From Daphnia carinata (taxonomy: Eukaryota), in contig NC_081331.1 of the NCBI RefSeq assembly GCF_022539665.2, positions 4,278,001 through 4,342,000 on the forward strand: a DNA stretch of 64,000 bases, given 5' to 3'. Of the stretch, positions 1 through 13,770 are shown one piece after another; position 1 is the stretch's first letter, and each line of letters opens with the position of its first letter. The position numbers and the translations under genes are program-made. The notes beneath the pieces were generated by a model, which made no database searches, was not told the origin of the DNA, and worked only from the letters and a program-made list of their open reading frames with translations.

Positions 1-2063
1 ATGGAAGATGCTCGTTGCCAGTACAGGCTGCAACCATCAAACTGGTCTATGCATTTTTTTTTTTTTTTTTTTCAAATGATTGGGTTCATTGCCATTTGAT
101 TTTTTTTTTTTTATTCCTTTCAAAAAATTTGTCGTTTACTAAACTATTTTCTTTTACCGGATTTCGTATTATTGATGGATTAACAAGATGTGACGAAGAG
201 ATATTGCGGAATTTTCCTGTTATGCGTCTTGCCGATGGCGCTACGATTTGTTTTTTAGTCCAGCGAGTCTCACAAGGCTTCGACTTGGCAAGTGTCTTAG
301 AAGAACGTTAGACGAGTCACTGAGCTCGCCACTATTTTCTGTGCGAGATTCCATCATATTTTTTTTGTTGCTATATGACGATCGCAAATATCTTCTTAGA
401 AATTAAAAAAAAAAAAAAAAACAAACAAACAAATCTTTTCAGAACGTAGTGGCTTTCGATAGAGTACTGTGTGACTTCTGCCGTGAATTTTTGCTTGCGC
501 ACGGTCATCGAGCACGAAAGACGTTGCAAAGGCAAACTGGAGAAAGTAGGAAGCGTAACCTTTGTAACGGTTCTATAGGAAATCCTGGAACATGTAGCAT
601 ACACGTCCATATCTGGACGCTCGTATTTGGTTTCTCTCTGCCTTTTGGCGTGTTCATGTTTGTCTTTCAACCACCTACATCTTCACGTCTACCCCTTTTT
701 CTATCCGCGTCTTGCTTTTGTTTGTTATGGGGGAGTTTTCTCGCTGGTCTGTTCTCTTTTTTTCTTATTGTTTTTTTTTTGTTTTTTTTCAGTCTCAACC
801 CCTGTTGACTCGCCCTGTTGCGTGTGGCCAGACTTGTCCAACTCATTCCGACGAACGAAACCAACAGGAAGTGAAAGCTCTGGCGCAACTTGTTAAAACG
901 TACCCTTCTTTCTCCGACAGACGAAATCGCTTGAATTTTTTTGGCAAATTGACAAGGACGTACATCCTTGTAGGTTCCTCCTTTGAAAACAATTCAAAAG
1001 ACACGCCTTACTAATATTTTTTCATATTCATAGACATCGTCTCGTTGTTAATAGCCCGTTGTTTCACATGGGGTCGACCCGCCTCTGATTGGCTGCTTCA
1101 CCTGCCAGGTGTGTATCAAATCAAATCACGGCCAAGAGGATTTATGTAGCGCACATCATCCGTTCGCAACAGTTGGGAAATGACGTTGCGAAAAACAAAA
1201 CAAAAAACAAAGTAGGGGAGAAGAATACCATCCATCATGAATGGGAAAAAAAAAAGCGATGGGATGGTGTAGCAACCTCATTAGAGTGATTGTAATATCT
1301 ACCTTGAAGTCATAAGGAAATAATGAAAGGATATATATATAGGGTGTAGGATAGACAACACAAATGTCTTGAGTGTTTGAACTCGATTGAGGCCGATTTA
1401 CGGAGCGCACTGCTTGAGGTGTGGCGTAAGAAATGGCCGTTTTGGAACACATGTCGTAAGACGTCTCCGTTCATTCGACGCGGGAATTTTTTTTTTTAAA
1501 CGCTCTGCGTACGTGGCTGGGATGCAAACGTTGCAATTAGCCTTTTCTATCCACTTTGTTTCACAACAAGTGGGTCTTATATTCCACGTGAACGAGCCTC
1601 TAAACAATCGTCAACATTAACTGGAGAAAAAAAGAAAAAGAAAAATTAAAACGTGCGGTTTAAAAAAATAATAATAAATGTTTCATTGTGAGAAGCCGCA
1701 TAATATTGTACTCTCTGAAAATAGATTGCAACAACTTCGAATCGAGCCAAAACACAGCGGGATCATCCCGCGAAATGACTGGCCAGGAAAAAAAATGAAA
1801 ATTTAGAGGCATTCAATTGTTAAAAAAAAAAAAAATTCTTTTTCTGTTCCGTTGTAGCTGAGATATATTTAAAGAGACGAGCGAGAAGATCATCTTTTTG
1901 GATGTAGCAACAAGGCAACCCAAACAACAAACTCCAAGGAAACTAAGCAGCAACAGAAGAAGAAGAAAAATGCCGAAGGTGGGACGCGCTTTGCCTCTTT
2001 GCCATACACCTGGTAAACACCTGATGCCTCCAGACGGGGCAGTGACCCACTTTCAAAGGTGTG

Positions 2064-2065
<2 letters not shown>

Positions 2066-2098
<33 letters not shown>
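2066..2098. repeat. (AG)n microsatellite
   Basis: About 16 perfect AG units. Confidence 0.95.
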
Positions 2099-2102
<4 letters not shown>

Positions 2103-5100
2103 AAAAAAAAGGGGGACTCTCATCTGGACACGTTGTGGGAGAGCTTTGTACCGTTTTTTTTTTTTTTTTTTTTTCTTCTTCTTCCTTATCCGCGAGAGCG
2201 TCTCTTCCTATACACAGCAAAAGATTGGGGGTAAACGTGCGTTGTTTTCCTATTTATTTATTTTTTTTTTTTTCTGGTGTTTTATTATTTTGCGGTGTAT
2301 ATTTTTCTCCATTTCAGGGTACCTGTCAGTGTAATATCGTGCCCGCATCGTAGCGCAATTTTCTTCGTCTAGCGTTTTTTTGATGGATCGGCTAAATGGC
2401 CAAGTTATGACGCAACCATGCGAAAAAAGAAAAACGGTATATGAAAATCGTAGCCAACATGTATTTAAAAAAAAAAAAAAATGGAAGAATAAAGAAAAGA
2501 CCTTTTCCGGGTGTTTTGCTTGACGTGGCGACGAGGAAAACCTTTCATAATCGAAATTCGAAAATTCCTTTTCGGCTTCTCTATCGTTCGGACGAGAAGA
2601 AATTGAAAACAGCGGCAAACGAAAAGGTCACATAAATTTGAAATAAAAAAAAAAAAAATTCCAATAGAAAGATTTAAATATTTATTTATTTTTCTCCGCT
2701 TTGCATGTTCCAGCCACAGCCCCGAAAAATAGGGGAAACAAGAAGTCATTCCAGCCTCCGTTCGAACCAATGTAGGGCGACGAAAAGGACTACGTCTAGA
2801 GAGATCAAGACCAACGATAGTACGCCGAAAATAAAAAAAGTAAGTCAAAAATTTCTATCATTTTTTTTTTCCCCTCCTTTGATTTTACCTATTACCTTCG
2901 GTTAAACACGAACTCGCATCAATTTTATTGTTGTTTCGATGTTTAAAATTATTATTTTTTTTTTTTTTTTTTTTTTAAGAGGATAAAAATGCTTACATGA
3001 TGAAATCGTGTCTTCACTATGGCACGACCATTTGCGAAATGGCTCCATCGGTCGTTTCGTACAATGTCGATATGGAAACTCGACAAAACGAATCTTTTAC
3101 GCTATCATAAGTTTTCCGATAACGTTTCCTTATTTTCCTACCCTCCTTTCGAACCGTAAAAAAAAAATCGAGGAATGGGGTCCGCTTCTTTAGCAATTCA
3201 AATCGAGAAAAATCGCAAGAACCGTTCGTGGACCATATGCCGTTTTCGATTCGCATGTAAACAAGAAAAGAAAAAAAAAAAAACGATACGACGATTTTTG
3301 TGCCGAATTTTTTTTTTTCCTTTTTTCTCGCTAAAAAAGAAAATGGAGATCTAACTGGAAATCAGCGTGTAGCCGTTCCAGGTCGCCGCCCAGTTGGCAT
3401 CATCTCCGCGAGAGATAAAGTCTATTTTTACGTGATACGTAAACAAAGCGGCGACACCATATGGCAGCTTTCTATGTAACTAGGATAATCGCATATCGGC
3501 GCAACAGAAATTGTCCGTGTTTTGTCCGATGGGCTAAAATAACAAAATGAATTAAGAGATTGGCTACATATGGCGATCGACAGTGGGCCGGAATTCAATT
3601 TTAAAACTAGTCTTTGTGTCTTTTCCATAGTCAATGTTGACCGCATAGAAGACGAGGATAGTCGTATTCAAAAAAAAAAAAAAAAAAAAAAAAAAAAGAA
3701 TTATGTATAACGAGTCCTACATCTGTCTTTGGAAAATGACATCATTCTTTCGCCAAAAAAAAAAAAAAAAAAAAAAAGAATCTATCCTCCATGTCCTATG
3801 ACGTCAATGTGCCACTAGTCTATTTGAACCGCTGTGCATTTTCTTTCATTAAAAAAATAAGAAAAGAAAACGCTGTTACTGCTTCACGAAACACAAGGGG
3901 ATAATTATAGTAGCTTCAACATTTTTGAAGAAGAATTGTCCCCAACAGCGAACGGCCCCCTTTTTTTTTTTTTTTTAAACCGATTCCCCGCCGGCCTGAT
4001 TATGTCAGGAAGCGTCCTGATTCTTATCATCCACACTCTCCTTTGCCACGTAGGAAAACAAAAAGAGTCAGACATCCGCCACTCGTTCGATCTATTGGGT
4101 ACAAACATAGGATAACTCGTTCACTTTTACTTCGTTTGACGTCACGTTTCCGTTTTCTAGTCGGAAACTTGAAAGATAATTTTCACTGTGGCTTCAAAGT
4201 GAACCACCAAAAAGAGAAGATCCATTGCGCTGACCATTTTTCCCACCATATAGCAGACGGCTAAACTAGCTGACTGAACGCAACGAACGTTATTTAATAC
4301 CTGTTTTTGTGTCTCGAATGATTTCGATAGGTCATGTGTAACGTATCGTTTTGGACCAAGTCCGAATAACGCCACATAAAATCTAACTGAACAGCGCGTA
4401 AATTTTGCGAGAAAAAAGAAGAAATAAATGTTCTAGAACGAATATTAGCAGGTGTCGTGTGTGGGCACATTAGATGGGTCTGCTGTAGAAAACGTGTTGC
4501 CTTTGTGGCACCAATGAGTTTCTAATTGCCATTTTGAAACTCGATTCGTTTCGGACTTTTCATTTGATTTCGTACGATTTCCATCACGCCGTTGCTCCCC
4601 TTTAGGAATGTTACTGTTGCCATACAAAATCTAATCCGCTTGAACATTTTCTTCATTCAAATCAATTTTTATTCCAAGAAAAAATTTCAGCTCGTTTTCT
4701 CGATTACATCGGTCAACTGGATACTGCAAATTGCTGTTTTTAAAAAAAAAAAAGAAAGGCTGACCGACGAAAAAAACCGGCCAATTTTATTTGAAAGAAA
4801 CCGCAACATTCTGCTGTCAAAGGCTTCACGTCTGCAATGTGCGTTCATGTTTTGAACTGTAGCGGAGAAGGATAGTGTTATTTATTCCCGTAACTGACCG
4901 TAACATTATTACATAGCTTATGTCCGTAATAGCATAGACGACTCAAGTGGATGTCGAGGGGGTTGTACGCACTTGCACCAAAACTCATTTAGCTCTGCTA
5001 CGTGCCGTAATAATATCGCATATAAAAACAAGTAATGACCGACCATTTCTTCAACGGAAAAAAAAAAAAAATTAAATTAAGCCGCCAGCTACTCAGAAAG

Positions 5101-8100
5101 GAATGGCCTATGCTGCCGTTGTTCCATAATGCCTCGTTCCGCTATAATAACCTTGTGCAACTCATACGGGTTTTTTTTTTTTCTTCGACGGTGGTTTATG
5201 ACTTGACAAGAGTACTGTTTGTTTCTTTTGTACGTTTTTTTATTTTATTTATTTATTTTTTTATATATATCTGGGTTACATCGAGACCGTAAGCAGTAAA
5301 AAAAAACAAAAACAAGTCGATTCCATTATATCTGTTATGGTATACCCTGTCCAAGTTCGTACTGTACTTCAAATTGCTTTTCAAGTGCGTAATTCGATTC
5401 ACAAGGAATTTAAATTGCAACGAAAGTACGGGACTCTCAAATCTGCATTTTCGCCTCGTAGAATTCATTTCACATCATGATTTACTTTTGTTTCGTTTTT
5501 TTTTTGTAACCAAAAACCACTTTGGATATCGATATGCAAATTACGAATTTTTCACTGTCCTTTATTTCAATGCGGATCTTTGTTTGTTTGTTTTTTTTCT
5601 TGGAAGAGGGCAGCAACTCGATGGCCCGTGCAATTTTACCAAAGAGAAAGAAAAGAACACGAGGCTTTGATTCCGTTATCAGGCCATCTGCAACGGTTCA
5701 CAGCGATGATGAATTGAAAGTATATGTGTGTAATACGACGTCCTCTCTCCTCCTTTTTTTTACTCGATGCGACGCCGTCCATCCGTTTGCGTGGGAAAGG
5801 AGTCATGAGGCAACGAGGCGATGGCAGAGATAAACGTGTTACAAGCGCATGTATTTCAGCTCCGAATGACGATGTCAAATAACTCTCTTGTACATCGACT
5901 TACAAAACGAATCAGCGGGAATGTTGGCGATCGATGACGATACGATCCGCCAAAAAAAATAAGAAGGGGGTTCTTGCTTGCCAGATGACGATGCATTGCA
6001 ACGCTAGCCAAATTGGCGAATAAGCATATTTTAACAGATCTCTCCCCTCCAGAAAAAAAAAAAAAAAAAAAAATGCTTCATCTTAAATGAGGCCATGCAT
6101 ACGTTTCTCGATTTCTTATGGCAGACATTGTCTAGCTCATCTCTTTTTTTTTTTGAGGTCCGATCTGGCGAACGTATTATGACTCGTATTTATTTGTTTC
6201 GACGTGTTAACTTAGAACTGACTTTGTCTTCCGCAACGGCGGGTGCTCTCACGCTTTCTCTTCAACGAGAATGAATTAGGTTACAAATGATGGAAACATC
6301 ATACCCCTCAATTTATGTGTGTTTGAATATTTATGTGTTTTCTTTTTTTTTTTTTTTGGCGCAAAATTCTTTATAAACAAACGTAACAAAATGAAAAATT
6401 AGTCTTGTGTTTTAAATGCGACGTGCCGAAAAAATCATTTGCATTGACAATTCACCCTTCTTATTTCCAACACGAAAATAAAACAGGTTGTTGTCAAAAT
6501 GTTTGTTTTTTTTTTTTGTTTTTTTTTAGATACCGTCAAAAAGAAATGAATACCGCTGAAGAAAAAAAAAAAAAGAAGAAGAAGAAGAAAGAAGAAGGAA
6601 AAAAAAAAAAACGACGAGAAGAGAAATATATGAAAAGAAGGTCAAAGAAGCAACCGTTATAGAGTTCCCGATCGGAGGAGCTGGCGAGCCACCACCAAAT
6701 GGCCAGCCAAACATGGGGTGAGGGAAACAGACACACCGGGAGCAGAGCCGTGCCGGGAGGACGGCCGAACTTGAGGACGCGCCGAACTTAACGAAAATGC
6801 AACTTCCTTGTAAGGCCATACCAGAAAGAAAAAAAAAAAAAAAAAAAAAAAAAAGGAGAACTGGCGGATGGTCAAATGCGAGCACTGTTAGTAACTCGAT
6901 GTCCTAGTCTAACGGATATTTATTTCGAACGGTTGTTCTCTCCTGGTCTTCGTTATTGTCCGGATTGCCCACACAATCAACAGTATTGCCAGCTTTTTAT
7001 TTATATGTTCACCCTTTTTTTTCGATTTTTTTTTTTTTTTGAAAACATTTTGTACATAGATAGATGATAGGTGTTTTCACGTTTCAAGGAAATCCATATT
7101 GATTCAAATGAGCTAGTCACCAGCAAAGAAGGCGGATCCTGTTGAGCATGAGGCTACCAGAGAGCGCTGGTGATGGTGCGTCAGGTATTTTACGTCGAAT
7201 TGCATTCGTTTTTTTTTTTTTTTTTTTTTAAGGATGTGGCTTATTCACGTTGTCCCTTTGACCCTGATGCCGCAGACACACAGTTTCACATGTTTAGAAT
7301 CCATCACGAGTCTCTCATCCACCGTCGACGAATAACGTGAGTGCCTCCGATACAAATGGGCGTCGTCGCACGGGTTTCCCACCACCCGTTTTTCTTCATT
7401 TTCATTCGTTCGCTACAACAACAGCAAACCGTAAAGCCAAAAACATGCGAAATTACCATCTGCAAGCGGATCGTCCCCCGAAATTCTTTTTTTTTTTTTT
7501 TAATCTGGTCAATGAACTCTGTTGGTGTAAAATTAGAGAGGCCATAATTTAGTAATACGTATTTATATACTAGTAAATTTTAATGGCCAGGGAGAAATTA
7601 ACGGACAATGAACGAAAAAGAATTAACTATCCTGCGTTTAATAAGAAATTTCCGTGATACACAAAAGAGAAGTAGATTGTGTGGATCATCTGTTTGATGA
7701 TGTTCTAACGGATTTATTCCAACGTTTATTACCAATCCGCTTTTAATATTTCCCTTCATTTTATTTATTTTTTCAAAGGTATGGCCTCCATCTTTTGTCG
7801 GGAGTTCAGCTCGTCAGCATGTGCCACCTACTGAGCTCACCATCGACCACGTGAACGAAACCCACGAAGAGTAAAATGGTAACTAACAAAAAATAAAATC
7901 TTTTATCAATCACTAAAAAAAATCAACCATTGAACGCAGCTGACTCTGGAACGATGACGCACGGAGATCACAAAAATGGGGATTTATCCTACGAGATCAT
8001 TTGCGTATAGGATTCGCACTACACTTAGCATGTAATATAAAAGGCAGATCCGTCCATCAAATGGTGAAAAGCTTTTGCTGCTTGAAAAGTGATGTGGAAT

Positions 8101-11100
8101 TGCGACGATTGAATTCCATGTCGATTTCTTTTCATCCAGTTCCACTTTACGGCAGAGCAAAGGATTTCTGCCACTCGGCATTTCAGCTCAAGTTTTCTGA
8201 ATAAGATTAGCCTCACACTTACTTTTCTTTGGAACCATTTGATTTCGTTATTATCCTTAGTGTGTCCTGGCTGCTGCTAAGATATCAATCGGCCACTTCT
8301 CTCCCCCAATTTGGTAGGTCGCCAATGAAATGAGCAACAAATCATGTAAAGATAAAATGTTTAATTCTTTTTAAATTTGCCTTTTGTAGCTCTCAGATCT
8401 GTAGTTTCTCAGACATGACGTCATTAAGCCACAGTCTGATGAAATGTATCGAATTTTTTCAGAGTGAATGAAGCGATAGCGTACATAACTCCTAAAGAAT
8501 TTCGTCCTTTTGGATGAAAGGAGTTTCGCAATCAGACGGATGCCGTTCCTATACTCACGAAGATGTAGACCCCCTATGGTCGAGCATGAAAATTTATCAC
8601 TATGGACGTCCCTTCCACCCACTGGTATTACATCCTCATTCTTTTTTGTTCCAGCTTCCGCTTTATTCTTTTCTTAGTTCAATCACTTAAAAAGAAAGCG
8701 CCCATCTATATAGCCCTTGTTTCTAAGGAAACCAGTGGTCGTGGGATTCAGCTCATTTTATTATTATTTGAAACAAAACGTTTTACTTGAGCTTATTATT
8801 TTTTTTTTTGTGTTGCTAACTTTGTTTCACGCTTCTACTTTGCTTTGTTAGACGTGTAGAAAGGACGGGAACTTGATGGTGTTCAAACTACCTATCCCGC
8901 GTTTTCGATAGGATGCTCATTAATCCTCTCCGCAACACAGCCGCTCCCTCTCGTTTAATTTTTCATTAGACGCTGCGGTACGGCCATAAATAGGCTGTAT
9001 GCGAGAAAAAGAAATTAAAAAAAATACAATATTGCCCTTTCCTTTCAACCAGCGCCTCCAGCCTCGGAGGAATCGGAATGTCGGGATCTGCGAAATTCAA
9101 TGGAACTTTTCAAGACGTAAATTCCAATTGACGTTTGCGCTCCTAGCGATTTATTTTCTAAAATGTTTTGCTTTAAATTTTCTTTTTTGTGTGTGAAGCA
9201 GGCAGGAGATCCCATAACAATTGCTCGGAATTTTCATCAAAAAGTTAAGCATCGCATTAATATTTTAAATCGTGTATGTTCGTGAGAAACGCCAGCTAGT
9301 TGGACTTTTTCTTTACGATCACGTTTATCGGTTTTTTTTTTGTTTTTTTTTTTTGATTTTATCATTGATGTATAGGTGACGAGGAGAGCTGGTGAACGTG
9401 CACTCTACATTGTTGTAAAATGCATTGTACCGCGCCATGTTACTGTGCCATTTAAGCGTTTTGCTAGCACCGCCAAGATCATTCCAGCAGTTATACAAAG
9501 AAGGATGTCGTGAAAATGGATCATTACACTGTGATATCGGCCGGATAGTGCATGACATGGCGACCGTGCCCCAGTTATATTCCGCTCTAAGGTACCATAA
9601 AAAGCCATCGAGGCACACGCCAAAAAATTGTATATTCCCAACAACAAATTGAAATCGAAAAAAGTAATGCATTCTCAGCAAGTTTAAATGACCTGTAAGA
9701 AAAATATATTCTTAAAAATTTGTTTTTCAAATTTTAGTAGGTCACGCAGGGATCCAAGTGGCGAACAGGCACCTGTCAATTCACATTTCTATTTGGCGTT
9801 ACAGCTCTACGAATACCAGTTGCGTAATCGAATTACATCATAGGCTTAGATATTTGTATTCAGTCTGTGATATAGCAGCGCAGTTGGTGACACAGTTTGC
9901 TGAATATGCAATAGTAATACCAGTAGTAATCTTCTTTGATAAATCATCGCTTCACTCCAGTTGACAGCGCGGTCGGTGTACCGTAGTAATTTTTGGGGTC
10001 GTCAAGTAGAAAAATTTCGTTCTCGAGTGCGACAACAAATCCTGTAGTGGGCGACATGGACTATGTACTATGTCTATGTACGTCTGTTATAGCTGTTAGG
10101 TCGTCCGTATCCGAGCTGTGGGTGTCTCGAATTATATTCTCGTCCCCAAGAGAAATATCTTTAACGACCACCTCGTTTCGCTAGACAACAAACATCGCAT
10201 CATACAGAACAACTACATTTATTTCGGTTTAGAAATAAAATACTCTTAGATGGCCGTATTGATGTTTACAGCGATTTAGAAGGCTAAAACAAATGAAAAG
10301 TTAGAGGGTCCTTGTGATGCTACGTCATCATCAATGCGACCGTTCGGGACAAGTACAAAGTAACACAGAGTCACATGTCAGCTCACTTTGACGTACCTGT
10401 CCACTTTAAGTCCGATTAACTAAAGATCGATGCGTCTACCAATGTTCCTTCTACGATAAACCGAATTACCTGGTAACCTCGCTACGTTGTTACAGTGGCA
10501 CACTCAGTTAGTGGAAGGGGGAGGGGGAGGGTGGTGCGTAGAGGATGGCAAAGATCTGACACGTACACTTTGTCTTCGGTACACCATTCGATTAGAATTA
10601 TACTGCGCAACTAATGCGAAGCCCATGACGTCTGAGTCATGCGGTTCAAATTTCAAAAGTATGTTTCTTCAGGATGGATTCGTTTATTTTACAACTAAAA
10701 GGACACTTACGTATTCAAATCGAGATTTCAGGGATATTGTTAATTGGTTTTTCATCCAGATACGTGATTAAAAATTGCATGGATCGTTGAAGATACCTTA
10801 ATACTCTCATACTCCCTTCTGCCCAATTAATGTGACATCTCGTAAATCTCAATCTTACAGACTGCAATAAGTCGTGGCGAACATGCAGACAAACGAATCA
10901 GAAATCATTGAAGGTTTGAAATTATACCCTCGTCTATACAGTGTAGCGGAAAAGGCGTATAACGTAGATCGATACGGTTTCCACTTAATGTCTTGAAACC
11001 GTCATTTGCCTCGTGTGGTGACAAGTACCCATGGTTAACGGATTTGCCCCCGCACGCATTTTTGATTTCTTTCTTTTTTGTTTTGTAAATTTGGCACTGT

Positions 11101-11998
11101 CTGCACTTTAGCTGACGTCATATGGATAATAGATGGCTGCGAAGGCGGTTTATTGTTTTTTGTTTATTCTCGTTTAGGTCAAAGGAATTCAAAGTAGGAC
11201 CGTAAAAAAATTATCGTTGATAAAGCTAAATGAATAAGCAAGTGTTAGCTTTTTCAACGTTACGGGTATTTTCGGATACACTTTATTATAGGATCACGTA
11301 ACGAATAAATACGGTTCTTGACATGTATAAAACATGGAGGACATGTCAGGGCAATTATGCCTAAGCATTAGGTTAAAAGAAAGACTAAAGGTGATATTAT
11401 TCGTGAGGCATCAAGAGCCAACATGGCACACTATGATAACGGACTCAAAAGTTATTAACACTTGCCAAACGTGCCACTTTTTCACAGGCAAATAAGCTAA
11501 GTTGCTACGTCAAAAGACTGAGAGTAATCTTTGGATTCTAAAGTCGCGTAATCAATACCAGGAATGGCTTTGGGTACGTGGAAGTGTTCTTGTTGACACT
11601 TTTTTTTTAAGCTTTTAGTCTACTGTCTGCTTAACCTTTGAAAGTTACCTCGTTCTTCGCTGAAACAAGTATCAGTACATAATGGCATGTTACGTGCTGG
11701 TAGTGTAAAAATTCACCCTTTTGCCTCTCACTTCGTAGAAGACGTTCAACTATGAAATCATCCACTTTACTGGAGCACTCTTCGTTCGGTTAGGATCCAA
11801 AAATTGCAGTTCTTGTTGTTCTTTTTTTTCCTTTTTCCTTCCTGCCTTCTTTCCGTGCAAGTGGTAGGTACTATACTCGACGACACTAACCCGCCGCGTG
11901 ACTCTTAGATGGTGGTCGACGAATAAAGTTAAAAAAATAATAATAATAAAATTTTAAATAAATAAAATAAAATAAAAAAAGAATATTTATTCTTGAAT

Positions 11999-12012
11999 AC
12001 TAGATGGCGCTG
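11999..12012 (+). promoter_or_regulatory. CTCF-like motif upstream of HSDL2
   Basis: ACTAGATGGCGCTG resembles the CTCF core consensus and lies about 105 nt upstream of the ATG. Motif match only. Confidence 0.3.
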
Positions 12013-12117
12013 AAATTAGTTTTCATAGATATTTATTTTTGCTAACTAAACTATTCGGCAATAGTTTATTGTATCAACCGGTAGTAACAGTAGTTCTTGC
12101 ATTTCAGCTCAGTAAAG

Positions 12118-13770
12118 ATGCTAAATACTGGGTACGGCAACTCTTTTATCTTTGCTACGACAGCGTGATTGATTCTGGTGTTCTGATTTAGGAAATTGGC
12201 TGGTCGCACGTTGTTCATCACGGGAGCCAGCAGAGGTATTGGAAAAGCTATAGCACTTAAAGCCGCTAGAGACGGAGCTAATGTAGTTATTGCGGCAAAG
12301 ACTGCCAAGCCTCATCCAACATTGCCTGGGACAATCTATACTGCAGCTGAAGAAGGTATGTACAGATATATTTTCTTTATCATATATAGCAGCTGCACAT
12401 AGCTGAATGTGGGTAAGAACATAATGTCTGGCTTTGTTTCGTACAAAAATGATTGGCTAATAAATCACATAGTCTCCTGTATTGGTCACAGTCAGAGCTG
12501 CAGGAGGACGATGTCTCTCATGTGTGGTGGATGTTCGAAATGAAACTCAGATACAAGACGCTGTGGATGTAGCTGTCAAAACATTTGGAGGAATTGACAT
12601 AGTTGTAAACAATGCATCAGCCATCTTCCTCACTGGAACTGCTGAGACTTCAGTAAAAAATTTTGATTTGATGCATGACATAATTGTTCGTGGGACATTT
12701 CTCGTGTAAGTATTTATAATGTTAACCAGTATGCTGTTGTTATTGTTAGAAAGCATTGGCACAACTATGCATGAAACATCTTTGATTATTGCAGAACTAA
12801 GTTTTGCCTACCATACCTAAAAACTGGAAAAAATCCACACATCCTCAACATAGCCCCTCCATTAATGCATCTTCCTGCCGAAAGGTTTTCCGGACATGTC
12901 GCCTATACCATGGCAAAATATGGAATGTCAATATTTGTAACTGGTATGGCAGAAGAGTTTAGATCAGAGGGGATTGCAGTTAATGCGCTGTGGCCGAAGA
13001 GTGGCACTGGTACAATATTTATTTATGTTCGGCTTAATAGCTTACCAGCTTTTCCGCACTTGAACGCTGAAAATAAACTCCTAGTTTTTTTTTTCTCTTT
13101 TACAATTTTCAGCTATCAAGACCGCTGCAACGGAATTACGTGCTAAACGAATGTCTCAAGAGGACATTGCATTATTACTCAAACTCAAACTCCGAATTCC
13201 TGACGTAACTGCTGATGCCGCCTACGCTATTCTTACACGTGATTCGAGAAGCTACACTCAGCACTTTTGTATCGATGAAGACGTTCTTAGAGACGAAGGA
13301 ATTACGGATTTTGAACAATATTCAGCATCAATTCCAAGTAAATATCTATTTTGGTTTGCTTAATGCTGCTGTTCTCTTTTTATCTGGTTTTGTATACATA
13401 TATATATATATTTTTTTTTTTTTCAGATTGGGTTCCCAGAGTTTGAAAATCAGAAAATTGAGTTTCTCTTCATCTTCTAATGCCATGCTTGAATACCAAT
13501 TACATTTCCTATTCATAGGATCCCAGCAGGTGATACTGGTTACTATCTGGTTCCTTATAGGACCATTAGTTTAGACTTTCTGCAAATTGCCAGGAAATTC
13601 AAATTTACTTACATTGTGTGCTTTTTTGTTTGTTAGGAAAGTTTGACGACGCCAGCTTTGAAGCGTATAGAATCGAGATGGCTGGAGCAAGACTACCACA
13701 AGAAATGATTCAGATGATAAAACTTATCCAGCCAGAAAACTTTCGTTCTGAACCAAATATAGTATTGTAA
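12118..13770 (+). CDS. HSDL2: Hydroxysteroid dehydrogenase-like protein 2 (HSDL2)-type short-chain dehydrogenase/reductase, about 321 aa, spliced
   Basis: Exons 12118-12131, 12192-12355, 12492-12705, 12795-13009, 13113-13337 and probably 13637-13770, joined by GT-AG introns in frame. The protein reads MLNTGKLAGRTLFITGASRGIGKAIALKAARDGANVVIAAKTAKPHPTLPGTIYTAAEEV...GGIDIVVNNASAI...HVAYTMAKYGMS...IAVNALWPK...ADAAYAIL...IDEDVLRDEGITDFEQYS. It has the TGxxxGxG Rossmann motif, NNAS and the catalytic YxxxK, and closely follows HSDL2 as I recall it. The 3' exon structure after 13337 is uncertain. Confidence 0.93.

Noticed and set aside
1..6600. Numerous 60-150 aa ORFs rich in F or K runs
   Set aside because: They arise from poly(T)/poly(A) tracts, with no coherent splicing or recognisable domains.
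11334..11495. Short ORF with WHTMITDSKVINTCQTC, reminiscent of an LTR-retrotransposon integrase zinc finger
   Set aside because: The His-to-Cys spacing is wrong and no integrase core, RT or LTRs were seen nearby, so it is probably chance.
11716..11790. Minus-strand peptide DDFIVERLLRSERQKG resembling a chromodomain start
   Set aside because: It has an upstream in-frame stop, no start codon, and lacks the YLVKW motif.
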